Notes: generated by a model not told the origin, from the letters alone. A stretch of DNA of 64,000 nucleotides from Candidatus Omnitrophota bacterium (GCA_040753015.1 JBFMHM010000007.1:2076-66075), one strand, 5' to 3'. Positions 10,060 to 20,016 are shown, counted from the stretch's first letter. Made by a program: numbers and translations.

Positions 10060-11033
10060 TTTTTCTTTTCCTTCATTTTTTGTGAATGCTCGAGAATTTC
10101 TATAGCCTTTAATTGCCCGCGGGATTTTTCTGCAAAATCAGTATCAGGATAATAATCAATAACTATCTGATAATAAATTTTAGCGGCACCGTAAGCTTTA
10201 TTTTTAAAATAAAATTGGGCAATATCAAAATTATTCCTGGCTTCTTTATTTTTAAGTGAACCGATGTGTTCTTGGGCTTTTTGTGTAAGTTCAGCGTCGG
10301 GATGTTTACTGACAAATTCTTCAAATTTCTCACGTGCTTCTTTAGAATATTCCTGGTCATATCCAACTTTTGGCGATACTCTTTCTAGAGATGCGGCAAT
10401 CTGGAATTTCGCAGGTTCCACCCATTCACTATTCGGATAGTTTGCAATTACTTTTTCAAATTCATCTTGCGCATCAAGATAATAACCTAAATTTTTTAAA
10501 ACAAGCCCGAGTTTATATTGCGCTTTTGCTGCAAGTTTGCCATAGGGAGCATTCTCAACAACTTTTCTTAATATTTCAATAGAAGGGTTTTCTACAGGTA
10601 AGGGTATTTTACCTATTTTCCGTGTCTCACCCTCCATAAACCTTTCAGCGATTGCATATTCTCTCTCTATAACCTCATTCACGCGGCCTGAAAAAGGGTA
10701 TTTATCAATTACCTTCTGGTAAGCAAGATACGCATCATATGAATTCCCTCTATTCTCATAAGACATCCCAATATAATATTGTGATTCCGCGGCTTCAAAA
10801 CACCCGGGAAAATATTTAATAAGTTTTTGAAATTCTTCTATCGCCTTGTCATAATCCTTAGCCTGATAATAATCCATAGCCACTAAAAATTGGTCTTTAG
10901 GATTTTTTCTAACTGTGTATTTTGGATTTACAAATTTTCCGGTTTTTGGCGTCCAAATCCAGTAGGCATAGGAAATTTTAGGCAAAAATAAGCCTAAAAT
11001 TAAAATAAGAATAGTTAGAATTCGTTTGTTCAT
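10056..11033 (-). CDS. bamD: TPR-repeat outer-membrane assembly factor, BamD/YfiO-like (325 aa)
   Basis: Signal peptide plus repeated TPR-like 'YY.A...Y..A...F..L...YP.S' units typical of BamD. Confidence 0.5.
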   Translation of the reverse strand: MNKRILTILILILGLFLPKISYAYWIWTPKTGKFVNPKYTVRKNPKDQFLVAMDYYQAKDYDKAIEEFQKLIKYFPGCFEAAESQYYIGMSYENRGNSYDAYLAYQKVIDKYPFSGRVNEVIEREYAIAERFMEGETRKIGKIPLPVENPSIEILRKVVENAPYGKLAAKAQYKLGLVLKNLGYYLDAQDEFEKVIANYPNSEWVEPAKFQIAASLERVSPKVGYDQEYSKEAREKFEEFVSKHPDAELTQKAQEHIGSLKNKEARNNFDIAQFYFKNKAYGAAKIYYQIVIDYYPDTDFAEKSRGQLKAIEILEHSQKMKEKKK

Positions 11034-11096
11034 AGTTTTAATAATTTACCATAGAGGGATGAGTGTGTAAAGCGTAATTTATATCACTATTACGCT

Positions 11097-11240
11097 ATCG
11101 CCTCGATTTGAATTAGGCTTAAGTCAATACCCCCTGGATCTGGTTGGATTTCTGTAGGGGCAGATCCATGTATCTGCCCAGATAAAATAGGCATTGCCTC
11201 GCCAGCTTGAGCTATATAAGCAACTGCTCGGTCTATGATT
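11097..11240 (-). pseudogene. 48-codon remnant homologous to the C-terminal tail of the downstream giant protein
   Basis: Manual translation: IDRAVAYIAQAGEAMPILSGQIHGSAPTEIQPDPGGIDLSLIQIEAIA*. The giant ORF C-terminus is ...VERAEAYVATVAGDRVSIEQAQGVPTEIQPDPGGIDLSLIQIQPLIS*. The nucleotide match is about 60 nt ('gaattaggcttaagtcaataccccctgg.tctggttggattt', 11110-11160 vs 12638-12690). Confidence 0.65.
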
Positions 11241-11266
11241 AAATTTTGTTTAATCCTTTCGCATCT

Positions 11267-12517
11267 TCATTCCTTTAATAAATATTTCCACGCAGGAATA
11301 ACTTCTATCATTTGGCCTGCTTCCTTCAGCATCCTCTCATTATCCTTAGAAATAACAGATATTTTTTTGTTTTTCGGAAATCTTTTTAAAAAAAGCCTTA
11401 AGCCATCAAATTTTTTGTCTTTCAGGTTAATTTCGGATTGATATTTAACTTCTACCGCACCTAGAACATGAAAATTACTAAATACAAAATCAATCTCCTT
11501 TTCACTTTCTGCAAAATAACCTATTCTGGGCTGTTTTTTAAAAAGACATAGAAATACCGCATTTTCCACTTTTACACCTAAATCACCTTTTCCTGTTAAA
11601 ACGGTTTTTATTCCACTATCAAAAAGGTAATTCTTTTTTTGTGAATATACCCGTTCATTATAAGATGTTGCCCATTTTTCAAGCGGCTTAATTAAAAAAG
11701 ATGCTTCCAAATACCCAATATATTCCTTAACTGTATCAACTGCGATTCCTAATATATTGCCAAGTTTATTAAAACTTGTCCGCGAACCAACAGAGCTAGC
11801 TATAAGCATCAAAAGATCTTTTAAAACAGATATACGTTTTATACTATGTAACCTAACAATATCTCGCACTAGAATATCATCTATCAAATTATTCAAATAA
11901 TCATCTGAAGGATGAAGCGCATTTTCAGGATATCCTCCCCGCATAAGATACTCCTCAAATAGAGCTTCAAATTTATAATCCTCAGACTTTGAAGGTAATT
12001 CTTTTTTAAAAGAAAGATATTCTTTAAAATTTAACGGATATATCACTGTAACGATTTGCCGGCCCGCAAGCCTTCCCTCTTGCCTTTTAATTAAAGAAGA
12101 TGTAGAACCGCTGCAAATTATTTTAACATTTTCTAAATCATACATCGATTTTAGCTCTATCTCCCAACCAGGAGTTTCCTGTATTTCATCCAAAAAAAGA
12201 TAAAGTTTTTTTGAACGCGAATGCATAAAAATTTTTCTAAATAATTTAAGGTGTTCCGTAATGGTAGTTTTAGATAAACGTGGATTATCAAGGCTTAAAT
12301 AAATAATATCTTTTGCCGGAATATTTTTGTGTAAGCACCATTTTATTAGCTGTTTTATAATTGTAGTTTTACCAACCCGCCTTGACCCAATAATTATATC
12401 TATTTGCTTACGGCTAAAAATTTTTTCTATTTTACCTAAATAATCTGTTCTTTGTATGCCACATTCAAATTTTTTATTCTCCCACCAAGGGTTAAAAGCA
12501 TAATACAAATCCTCCAT
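11267..12517 (-). CDS. AAA-family ATPase with DUF4143-like C-terminus (416 aa)
   Basis: Walker A 'IIIGSRRVGKTTIIKQL' and Walker B 'LFLDEIQ'. The architecture matches the widespread AAA_14/DUF4143 'ATP-binding protein' family. Confidence 0.8.
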   Translation of the reverse strand: MEDLYYAFNPWWENKKFECGIQRTDYLGKIEKIFSRKQIDIIIGSRRVGKTTIIKQLIKWCLHKNIPAKDIIYLSLDNPRLSKTTITEHLKLFRKIFMHSRSKKLYLFLDEIQETPGWEIELKSMYDLENVKIICSGSTSSLIKRQEGRLAGRQIVTVIYPLNFKEYLSFKKELPSKSEDYKFEALFEEYLMRGGYPENALHPSDDYLNNLIDDILVRDIVRLHSIKRISVLKDLLMLIASSVGSRTSFNKLGNILGIAVDTVKEYIGYLEASFLIKPLEKWATSYNERVYSQKKNYLFDSGIKTVLTGKGDLGVKVENAVFLCLFKKQPRIGYFAESEKEIDFVFSNFHVLGAVEVKYQSEINLKDKKFDGLRLFLKRFPKNKKISVISKDNERMLKEAGQMIEVIPAWKYLLKE

Positions 12518-12612
12518 AATAACCTCGCTTTCTTATTTAATATAATATATATGAAATCGAAACTTTTGTCAAATAATTTCTATTACAATCGAAACTTTTG
12601 TATTAGAAAAAT

Positions 12613-15600
12613 TCAACTAATTAAAGGTTGGATCTGAATTAGGCTTAAGTCAATACCCCCTGGGTCTGGTTGGATTTCCGTAGGAACACCCTGTGCCTGT
12701 TCAATAGACACTCTATCGCCAGCCACTGTTGCAACATATGCCTCTGCGCGCTCAACTAACGTAGGTTCAGCTTGACCAGTGCGTTCGGTAATTTCTGTTG
12801 GCGATGCACCAACTTGCCTAAGTAGCTGCTCTATTGGATTGCCTGATCTACCACCTTGAACCAATGTTAATCTTGACGGTGGATTTTTAGAATCCGAACT
12901 ACCTGGTTCGTTTCCTGATTCTAGATTAGGATCTAGTGCTTCGGACGCTAACACGCCTAACCTAATTAATTGTGGAATACATTCTGCATCGCCATGATAT
13001 CCTTGCCATTGGCCTTCGTAAAGCGAAAGATGCATCTGTCTATTAATATCTAGAGCAACAATAAAACTTATATTTTTATACTTACCCCAAAGAAATTCAG
13101 CTCTAGAATTATCTTCGTCGCTTGGCTTAACATTATGACCTTCTTCGGGATGATAATGTCCCTGGACATCCTCTATCTGCGATAAAACTCCATTGTAATG
13201 ATGATAATCACCTAGGATTTCATTAACTGAATCAAAATTTCCTGATACACATAATAATATAGTTTCTTTACCTCTTCTTATAACTCTAAAACCCTTTTCT
13301 ATAGCCATTGCGGTAGACAAGATATCTCTAAATTGCGCAACTGTTAAGCTCTTAAGAACAACTATTCTATGTTCAATTCCACTAGGCATTACCAATGATT
13401 TTCGATCTAAGGATTGTTCTATCTTACCCAATAAATCTATCAGCATATCAACTCCTTTAACTCTTTTTCTAGCCTCCTCTATTATTAATTCGCCTATTAT
13501 ATTTGAAAAAATTTCCTTATCTTCATCGATAAATATGCCGTTTTTCCCATAAACATCATTTTGAAATCTTTCAATTATTCTCGCTATCAAAATTTTTAAA
13601 TCTCTCTCATATCTTTTAGTTTTAGTACTAGGATTATCGAGATTTAATCGAATAGCCAATAATAACTCATTTCTGAATATCTCAATAACGCGCTGCATTG
13701 CTTGTTCCCTCTCTCTTTTTGGTATATCACTAGAATGGGTATTATCCAGCAGAGGCCACATTAATTCATCGCTATATTCAATATCACTACAGTCAACACT
13801 TACATCAGTGCCATCATCGAATTTAATCTCTATCATTTTACTACCAAATAAATCTATCCAATTAATTACTCCCTCTTTTCCATTAAATAAAACGCGATCT
13901 CTCTTATGATATAAAATACCCTTAATCGTTAAAGAATCTGCCAGCCCTACACCTGCCGCGGGATTTATTTCCGTATCTGCCACTTCCACACTTGGTGCTT
14001 CTTCACTTGTAGCACAGCTATATTTTGTAAGTAATGGCTCAACATTGTAAGATCGATTTGCTTGTGCATGCAGGCGATTATTTTGTGCATGAGTGATGTG
14101 ATTGCGACGATCAGCGCCGGTGTAATACTGTAATTCAGCATCCCATCCTTGTGCTTCTGTTATTTCATGGCCAAGGACTGTTTGATATTCTGGATTGCTT
14201 TCTCCTAAATTAAATATCTCTTCGTCCATATACACTACAATTTGCCCATAGCTTGCGCCTAAACCAATGTGGCCAAGCTGGCCAGCTGATGAGCCGTCGG
14301 GATGTTTTAGTTCTTTTAAGCCTTTTACTGGGATAATATAAATACCGTTTACTTCTCGAACTAAGCCCTGTTTTTCTGCTGCTTTTAAAGCGGCTAACCG
14401 TCTCGCCCAAAGCCTTGCATCGCCTTCGCCAGGGTTTCTTTCAATATACACTGCCTCTGGAATATTCCTTATACCTTTATCATCTTTACCTCTAATATGC
14501 TCACTTAGCTTTGAGTTAGGCAGCAACGCACCAGAGCCAGCTGCGGGGTTAGTGTCGTCTTTACTGAATCGCACTAAGAGTCTCTTTACCAAATCTGAAA
14601 TCCTCGTTAATATTGATTGTCTATGTCCATACCACAGTTTTAAGTTTGTAATTGAATACTTTGAATCTGCTGGAAAGTTCTCTTGAATTTTTTGTGTAAT
14701 ATTAGCTTTTTTACTAGTGAGTTTTACCATTGCTACATTGATATTAACACGATTAGAGCCTGTGCTATCGCTTACAGCTACTAACACTTGTTCATAGCCG
14801 TTTTTTTGTGCTATTTCTTGGGTTAATTTATTAAGTAACTGTTCTACGAAAGCCTCTGCATTAAGCCTATTTGCAAGAGGAGTCCTTGGCTCAATACCAA
14901 CTATAACTAAAGACTTTTTGCCATTTATAATTAGAGTAAGCGTATATATTGAACCAACAATTCTGCCGTTTTCAATTATTCTGATTGGAGTAAAATTAGG
15001 ATTAAGTAGTTCTTGCGGATAATCTTTTGTACAGTCTTCTCCAAGGTAACCAAAGAAGTAATCTAGTGATGTTTTTGCCGGAATAAATTCAAGATCTATA
15101 ACTTCTGTTCCTTGTTCGGTTGTTATTCTTTGTTTAACAATGCCGGCTACGCGGGTTAGGCCGCTTACCTCGTCAATTACTTGCCTTGTTTCAATATTTG
15201 CTTCTGGTTTTATTTCAGTGAGAATTTCTTTTAAGGTGTATAAGTTTTGCGCGGTTAAAGGATTATCTAGGCTAATTGCATCTAGGGTTTGTTTTAAATG
15301 TGGATTAACAATTAAAACTAATGTTAGCATAAGATCTAAAGAACCTTGAACTTGTTTAATAGTTGGAGTGCCTGAAGCATGTTGTGTATTTAAGGTGATA
15401 ATTTCTTTTATTATCGCGGGATAATCTATTGTTGCGGCATTGGCAGTTAGATATGTTTGGATTTCTTGTTCTATTAGAGAATAATTTCTTTCTTTAGGGG
15501 CTTTTGCTAGTTCTTCTTGTATAGCTGATTGAGTTTGTAAACTAACAACTAAGGCTCGTAAGTTTTCAGGTAATTCATCTAATCTTTGTAATTTAATAAA

Positions 15601-18600
15601 TCTCTCAGTAATTAATTTTGCTAACACCTCTGGTGGAGCTCTTTGAGATAACTGCTTAAGATGGGTAAGCTTTTCTCGGACAAAGGCCTCTTCTTCAGTA
15701 GTTATTCCTTGAAGAACCAATATTCCTGAATATGCCTGCATTGTAAAAGAAGTTGTAAAGTTTGGTTGTGGTATTACTTCATTTTTATATCGTTCTCTTG
15801 TAGAACGATAGGTTTCAAGAGGAAGATTAGTTGAGCCGACAATAGACAGATGCGTTTCTTCTATCAGCTCGTCATCAATAAGGCCTTGTTCTGGTTCGGT
15901 ACCTTCAATAAATGAATCATAATAGAGCTTATAGTTAACTATAAGCCTAGCCCGTTCTTGGCCTTGTAATTGCTTAAACCTAGCGTATAGCTTAGATAGA
16001 TATAAGGATATTTCAAATTGGCTAAAATACCTGCTTATTAAATTTAATTCTTTCTGGATATTCTCTGGAGTAAGTGTTCTTAAGAATGCGTTGTTATTCT
16101 CTAAATTTGCCCCTGATTGCCTGAAGAATCTAATTAATAAATTATAGGTGTTTTCTTCTTTTAACTGCTCTAAGGTAAAGCCATTATTAAGAAGAATTAA
16201 TAATGCCCTTGCTACTGGTGCTTCTTTAAGATTAGTTTCTCTGCAAACTTTGGTTAAAAATTTATCCATCTCATTACTTACTTCATTAACTAATGTTTTA
16301 TCTGCCGTGGTAAGCGTCTCTGCCACAGCTTGAGCAATAGAAGCGAAAGTTTTGGCTTGCAAGTAAGGATCATTAGGGAGTTTTTCTGCTGCGGCAATAG
16401 CTTTAGCAAAAACAACAGCTGCTTCTTGTTCTGGCCTACCTGCTTGTGCCACAGCTTGAGCAATAGAAGCGAAAGTTTGGGCTTGCAAGTAAGGATCATT
16501 AGGGAGTTTTTCTGCTGCTAAGGCAAGGGCTTGTTCAAACCTACCTGCTTGTGCCATAGCTTGAGCAATAGAAGCAAAAATTTGGGCTTGCAAGGAAGGA
16601 TTATTAGTGAGTTTTTCTGCTGCTAAGGCAAGGGCTTGTTCAAACCTACCTGCTTGTGCCACAGCTTGAGCAATAGAAGCGAAAGTTTTGGCTTGCAAGT
16701 AAGGATCATTAGTGAGTTTTTCTGCTGCTAAGGCAAGGGCTAAACGCAAAATTAAATTCTGTTTATGAGCTAATTTTTTAACGATTACTTGTTCATCATC
16801 TGCAACTGTAGCTACTCCTGCCGCGGGATTTGTTTCATTATCTACCACTTCCACACTTGGTGCTTCTTCACTTGTAGCACAGCCGTATTTTGCAAGTAAT
16901 GGCTCGACATTGTGAGTTTGATTTGCATTAGTGTGCAGGCGAGTATTTTGTGCGTGAGTGATGTGATTACGACGATCTGCTCCTATGTAAAATTGTAATT
17001 CAGTATCCCAACCTTGTGCTTCTGTTATTTCATGGCCAAGGACTGTTTGATATTCTGGATTGCTTTCTCCTAAATTAAATATCTCTTCGTCCACATACAC
17101 TACAATTTGCCCATAGCTTGCACCTAAACCTATGTGCCCAAGCTGGCCTGCTTTTGTACCGTCAGGATGTTTAAGATCTTTTAAACCTTTTACGGGAATG
17201 ATGTAAATACCGTTTACTTCTCGAACTAAGCCTTGTTTTTCAGCTGCTTTTAAAGCGGCTAACCGTCTCGCCCAAAGCCTTGCATCGCCTTCGCCAGGGT
17301 TTCTTTCAACATAGACTGCCTCTGGAATATTTCCGCGTTTAGCAATATGTTTACTTAACTCTGAATTAGGCAGCAACGCACCAGAGCCTGCGGCGGGGTT
17401 GATGGAAGATTTAAATGCTGTAACTTCATGATCAAGTCGTACAAGAAAGCTATCTTTCTCTAATAAATCTGTAAGAAAAATGCCTTTTGGGCTGTTTAAA
17501 ATCTCTCCTAAAAGATTAGAATCATGTATTAAAAGCCATCTTACAAAAGCAGCCGAGACAAAAATTTTTCCCTGATCCACAAAACTTATAGCAACCCCCG
17601 TTTCTGCGTCTTCAAAAATAAAATCTACATCTTTTAATAATACAACCTCTGAAGCTCTGTCTCCTAATGATTGAATAACATCCCTAAAGCCAGCGATCAT
17701 ATTATCATTAAAACCAAAATCACACCTTAATCTATTTTGGGAATCTCTAGGTTCTAAGGGCCTGAAAGTCGTTCTTTCAGGAAGAGGGTCTAGATAATCT
17801 ATAAAAGGCTCATATAAAACGATATTTCCTTCTCTAACAACAGCTCCACATGCTCTATTACGCCTTAAAGAATCGGCGATTTTTCGTTGAGCATGATTGC
17901 TGAGTGCCCTTACCTGGCGAGACCAAAGAAATTCACAAATAAATGAACCGAGCAGATCGGATAAGCGATGTCGTAAAATAGAATCGTCCAACTTAGCCCT
18001 CTCTAAATCTACCAACCTCTCTAAATCTGCCGGGCTTCTCCTTAAGATCCAAATCAAAAATTCTTCACTAATCCAAAATCTATTATCCCTAAAATGACTC
18101 ACGATAGCACTGCGTTTTTCTGAATCGTAATAAATAAATGGTCTAGATCGCAAAATAGCTAAAGATATCCCTCGGCTACGTAAATATGTTAAGAATAACT
18201 CAACTCGTCTTTTATCTAAATCGCCAAATTGAATCCCTTCTCCTTCTGGAATAATCCTTCTCACCCTAAAGCCTACTCGGCTAACCCTTGGGATAGATGT
18301 TTGAACAAGCTGATTATCGCTTCCTAAGCTCAATTCAAGAGCTTTTTCTACACCGTTTTCAACAGCACTAGCTAAAATAGAAGATATTTCTGCTTCGTAT
18401 TGCACAGTATCTTCATGAGCTACTTCGTCTTGCGGCCCTTGAACATTTTCTCTTTCTAAACCTAAGCCTTCTTCAACACTGTCTTCCTCTGCTAAGACAA
18501 TCGAAGCTAAGTCGGCTAGTTCGCTATCAGATAAATTTAATGAAAAATTCACTTTTAACTGGCGTAGTAAAATTATTAGTATTTCGTTAGGCAAAGAACC

Positions 18601-20016
18601 AGTCTTATCCCCCTGTAAACATGAAAGTTGATCTCTGTAAATTTCTAGACTCCTCTTATCAAGAGGCACTCGGCCTGGACTACTTTTATTAGACATAAGT
18701 ATAAGAATTACCTTTCCTATCATTTGTTTTTTGATTGTTCTAAGAGCAGCAAAAAACTTTAAATTATTCAATTTAACCTCGGGATACGAAAGTAATCGGG
18801 TAATCGCTACTCCTGCTGCCTCTTTAATAATACCAGCTTGTTTTCCATGTATTTTACCTAGAAATAACAAAGAGTCTCTAATGTTTGAGCTACCTCTAAA
18901 CATAATGCGAATCATAAGAACTACACCGGCTAACTTATTAAGTTCATCTAGTATTTCTTGGAAGTTCAATTTAGTATATATATGCCACATCTGGTCATAA
19001 GACATATTCAAACTTCCCGCTTGAAGGCGAACATAAACCTCTGGTAATGCTTTCTCTATTTGAAATGTTGTAATTGATTTTGCACCCGGAGAAGCTAAAT
19101 CTGAATCTTCAAAATAAGTACTCAGCATCATTTCTATTAAAAACTTTTTAGCAATACTTCTTTCAGTAGGACTAAGTTCCGACATAAAACTAATATCTAA
19201 TCTATCTGCTACACTCTGAATAACCTGACTTTTACTTAATAAACAACGTTGAAGATATCTTGAAAGTTTTTCTCGTGCTTCTGATGACCTATCTTCTAGC
19301 ATATGCAGTGGAACACGAATAATTCCATCTTCCGAAATAGCAAATTCGGTTAATTCAATATCAACTAGCAGAATTACTAAGCCTGAGCATTCATTTTCTA
19401 ACCAAGGATATAATTTAATGGCTTTCTTCAATACATCCTCAAAATAATCTAATTTTTCTTTCACAATAAGAATAGTGGCTGTGGAATCACGCGTGCCCTC
19501 TCGCTTTAATTTATTTGCGCTCATTCGATATTGAGCAAAATTTACATTAGATTGTTGTTGTCTTAATAATTCAGCTCTTACTCTTAAAGCTGTAAGGGCA
19601 TTTTCTTGCCCTGCACCAGCACGCATAGCTTGATATCCAAAATAGAACAAACGGATATACTCCCATGGATTAATGTAAGAATTATCTTGCTGGCCAACCG
19701 AAGCCGTTTGGACTTGTATTTCTTTGGTAATTTCACTAATACCAAAGATAAAAGTTAAGTAATCTTTTTCTTTTTGACTGCGCTCTTTATCAGGCGCATA
19801 ATTTGCTAAATTTCTTTGCTCATCAGACAACGGAACCCCCCAACCTAATTCTTTATTTGCCCAAAGAGCCGTATCCATCTGTTCTCTGCTTGACTTAAGC
19901 GAAACAGCCTGACAATTTGATTCAATCATTTGGATAAAACTAATTTCTGGATTAATAATAAAAACTGTTCCATTATCTAAAACCACCTCAAATGCAACTG
20001 TTTCCTTGCCGCGCAA
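12613..20016 (-). CDS. Giant protein (2467 aa), function unknown. It has an internal ~200-aa duplicated module, four 35-aa TPR-like tandem repeats, and two copies of a 'GHEITEAQ' module. No N-terminal signal peptide.
   Basis: Single uninterrupted ORF in the track. The repeats are visible at both protein and nucleotide level. One region is shared with the neighbouring 1319-aa protein ('AAFVRWLLIHDSNLLGEIL' vs 'EAFLKYLLNHDSKLLEDIF'). Confidence 0.85.
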   Translation of the reverse strand: MRGKETVAFEVVLDNGTVFIINPEISFIQMIESNCQAVSLKSSREQMDTALWANKELGWGVPLSDEQRNLANYAPDKERSQKEKDYLTFIFGISEITKEIQVQTASVGQQDNSYINPWEYIRLFYFGYQAMRAGAGQENALTALRVRAELLRQQQSNVNFAQYRMSANKLKREGTRDSTATILIVKEKLDYFEDVLKKAIKLYPWLENECSGLVILLVDIELTEFAISEDGIIRVPLHMLEDRSSEAREKLSRYLQRCLLSKSQVIQSVADRLDISFMSELSPTERSIAKKFLIEMMLSTYFEDSDLASPGAKSITTFQIEKALPEVYVRLQAGSLNMSYDQMWHIYTKLNFQEILDELNKLAGVVLMIRIMFRGSSNIRDSLLFLGKIHGKQAGIIKEAAGVAITRLLSYPEVKLNNLKFFAALRTIKKQMIGKVILILMSNKSSPGRVPLDKRSLEIYRDQLSCLQGDKTGSLPNEILIILLRQLKVNFSLNLSDSELADLASIVLAEEDSVEEGLGLERENVQGPQDEVAHEDTVQYEAEISSILASAVENGVEKALELSLGSDNQLVQTSIPRVSRVGFRVRRIIPEGEGIQFGDLDKRRVELFLTYLRSRGISLAILRSRPFIYYDSEKRSAIVSHFRDNRFWISEEFLIWILRRSPADLERLVDLERAKLDDSILRHRLSDLLGSFICEFLWSRQVRALSNHAQRKIADSLRRNRACGAVVREGNIVLYEPFIDYLDPLPERTTFRPLEPRDSQNRLRCDFGFNDNMIAGFRDVIQSLGDRASEVVLLKDVDFIFEDAETGVAISFVDQGKIFVSAAFVRWLLIHDSNLLGEILNSPKGIFLTDLLEKDSFLVRLDHEVTAFKSSINPAAGSGALLPNSELSKHIAKRGNIPEAVYVERNPGEGDARLWARRLAALKAAEKQGLVREVNGIYIIPVKGLKDLKHPDGTKAGQLGHIGLGASYGQIVVYVDEEIFNLGESNPEYQTVLGHEITEAQGWDTELQFYIGADRRNHITHAQNTRLHTNANQTHNVEPLLAKYGCATSEEAPSVEVVDNETNPAAGVATVADDEQVIVKKLAHKQNLILRLALALAAEKLTNDPYLQAKTFASIAQAVAQAGRFEQALALAAEKLTNNPSLQAQIFASIAQAMAQAGRFEQALALAAEKLPNDPYLQAQTFASIAQAVAQAGRPEQEAAVVFAKAIAAAEKLPNDPYLQAKTFASIAQAVAETLTTADKTLVNEVSNEMDKFLTKVCRETNLKEAPVARALLILLNNGFTLEQLKEENTYNLLIRFFRQSGANLENNNAFLRTLTPENIQKELNLISRYFSQFEISLYLSKLYARFKQLQGQERARLIVNYKLYYDSFIEGTEPEQGLIDDELIEETHLSIVGSTNLPLETYRSTRERYKNEVIPQPNFTTSFTMQAYSGILVLQGITTEEEAFVREKLTHLKQLSQRAPPEVLAKLITERFIKLQRLDELPENLRALVVSLQTQSAIQEELAKAPKERNYSLIEQEIQTYLTANAATIDYPAIIKEIITLNTQHASGTPTIKQVQGSLDLMLTLVLIVNPHLKQTLDAISLDNPLTAQNLYTLKEILTEIKPEANIETRQVIDEVSGLTRVAGIVKQRITTEQGTEVIDLEFIPAKTSLDYFFGYLGEDCTKDYPQELLNPNFTPIRIIENGRIVGSIYTLTLIINGKKSLVIVGIEPRTPLANRLNAEAFVEQLLNKLTQEIAQKNGYEQVLVAVSDSTGSNRVNINVAMVKLTSKKANITQKIQENFPADSKYSITNLKLWYGHRQSILTRISDLVKRLLVRFSKDDTNPAAGSGALLPNSKLSEHIRGKDDKGIRNIPEAVYIERNPGEGDARLWARRLAALKAAEKQGLVREVNGIYIIPVKGLKELKHPDGSSAGQLGHIGLGASYGQIVVYMDEEIFNLGESNPEYQTVLGHEITEAQGWDAELQYYTGADRRNHITHAQNNRLHAQANRSYNVEPLLTKYSCATSEEAPSVEVADTEINPAAGVGLADSLTIKGILYHKRDRVLFNGKEGVINWIDLFGSKMIEIKFDDGTDVSVDCSDIEYSDELMWPLLDNTHSSDIPKREREQAMQRVIEIFRNELLLAIRLNLDNPSTKTKRYERDLKILIARIIERFQNDVYGKNGIFIDEDKEIFSNIIGELIIEEARKRVKGVDMLIDLLGKIEQSLDRKSLVMPSGIEHRIVVLKSLTVAQFRDILSTAMAIEKGFRVIRRGKETILLCVSGNFDSVNEILGDYHHYNGVLSQIEDVQGHYHPEEGHNVKPSDEDNSRAEFLWGKYKNISFIVALDINRQMHLSLYEGQWQGYHGDAECIPQLIRLGVLASEALDPNLESGNEPGSSDSKNPPSRLTLVQGGRSGNPIEQLLRQVGASPTEITERTGQAEPTLVERAEAYVATVAGDRVSIEQAQGVPTEIQPDPGGIDLSLIQIQPLIS
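13940..14555 (-). repeat. Intragenic segmental duplication, copy 2 (~610 nt, ~90% identical to 16800-17405)
   Basis: Both copies encode 'NPAAGSGALLPNS..LWARRLAALKAAEKQGLVREVNGIYIIPVKGLK.LKHPDG..AGQLGHIGLGASYGQIVVY.DEEIFNLGESNPEYQTVLGHEITEAQGWD.ELQ.Y.GADRRNHITHAQN'. Confidence 0.85.
16310..16745 (-). repeat. Four tandem ~105-nt repeats encoding 35-aa TPR/HEAT-like units
   Basis: Unit 'gcttgtgccacagcttgagcaatagaagcgaaagttttggcttgcaagtaaggatcattag.gagtttttctgctgc...' at about 16315, 16443, 16551 and 16650. Encoded unit: 'EQALALAAEKL(T/P)NDPYLQAQ(T/I)FASIAQA(V/M)AQAGRF'. The antisense ORFs 16290..16499 and 16330..16521 are artefacts of the repeats. Confidence 0.85.
16800..17405 (-). repeat. Intragenic segmental duplication, copy 1
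   Basis: Long near-identical nucleotide runs, for example 'ccacttccacacttggtgcttcttcacttgtagcacagc' in both copies. Confidence 0.85.

Noticed and set aside
14141-14180. 'GHEITEAQ' in the giant protein as a zinc-binding HExxH
   Set aside because: The second ligand position is Glu, not His, and no third ligand is evident. It is reported only as a shared module, not as a metalloprotease.
16290-16521. Two overlapping small ORFs (69 aa on the minus strand, 63 aa on the plus strand) with repetitive sequence
   Set aside because: They lie inside or antisense to the 105-nt tandem repeats of the giant gene. These are frame artefacts, not genes.
16310-16745. Regularly spaced direct repeats that might suggest a CRISPR array
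   Set aside because: The repeats are contiguous 105-nt units with no unique spacers, and they are in frame inside a long ORF.
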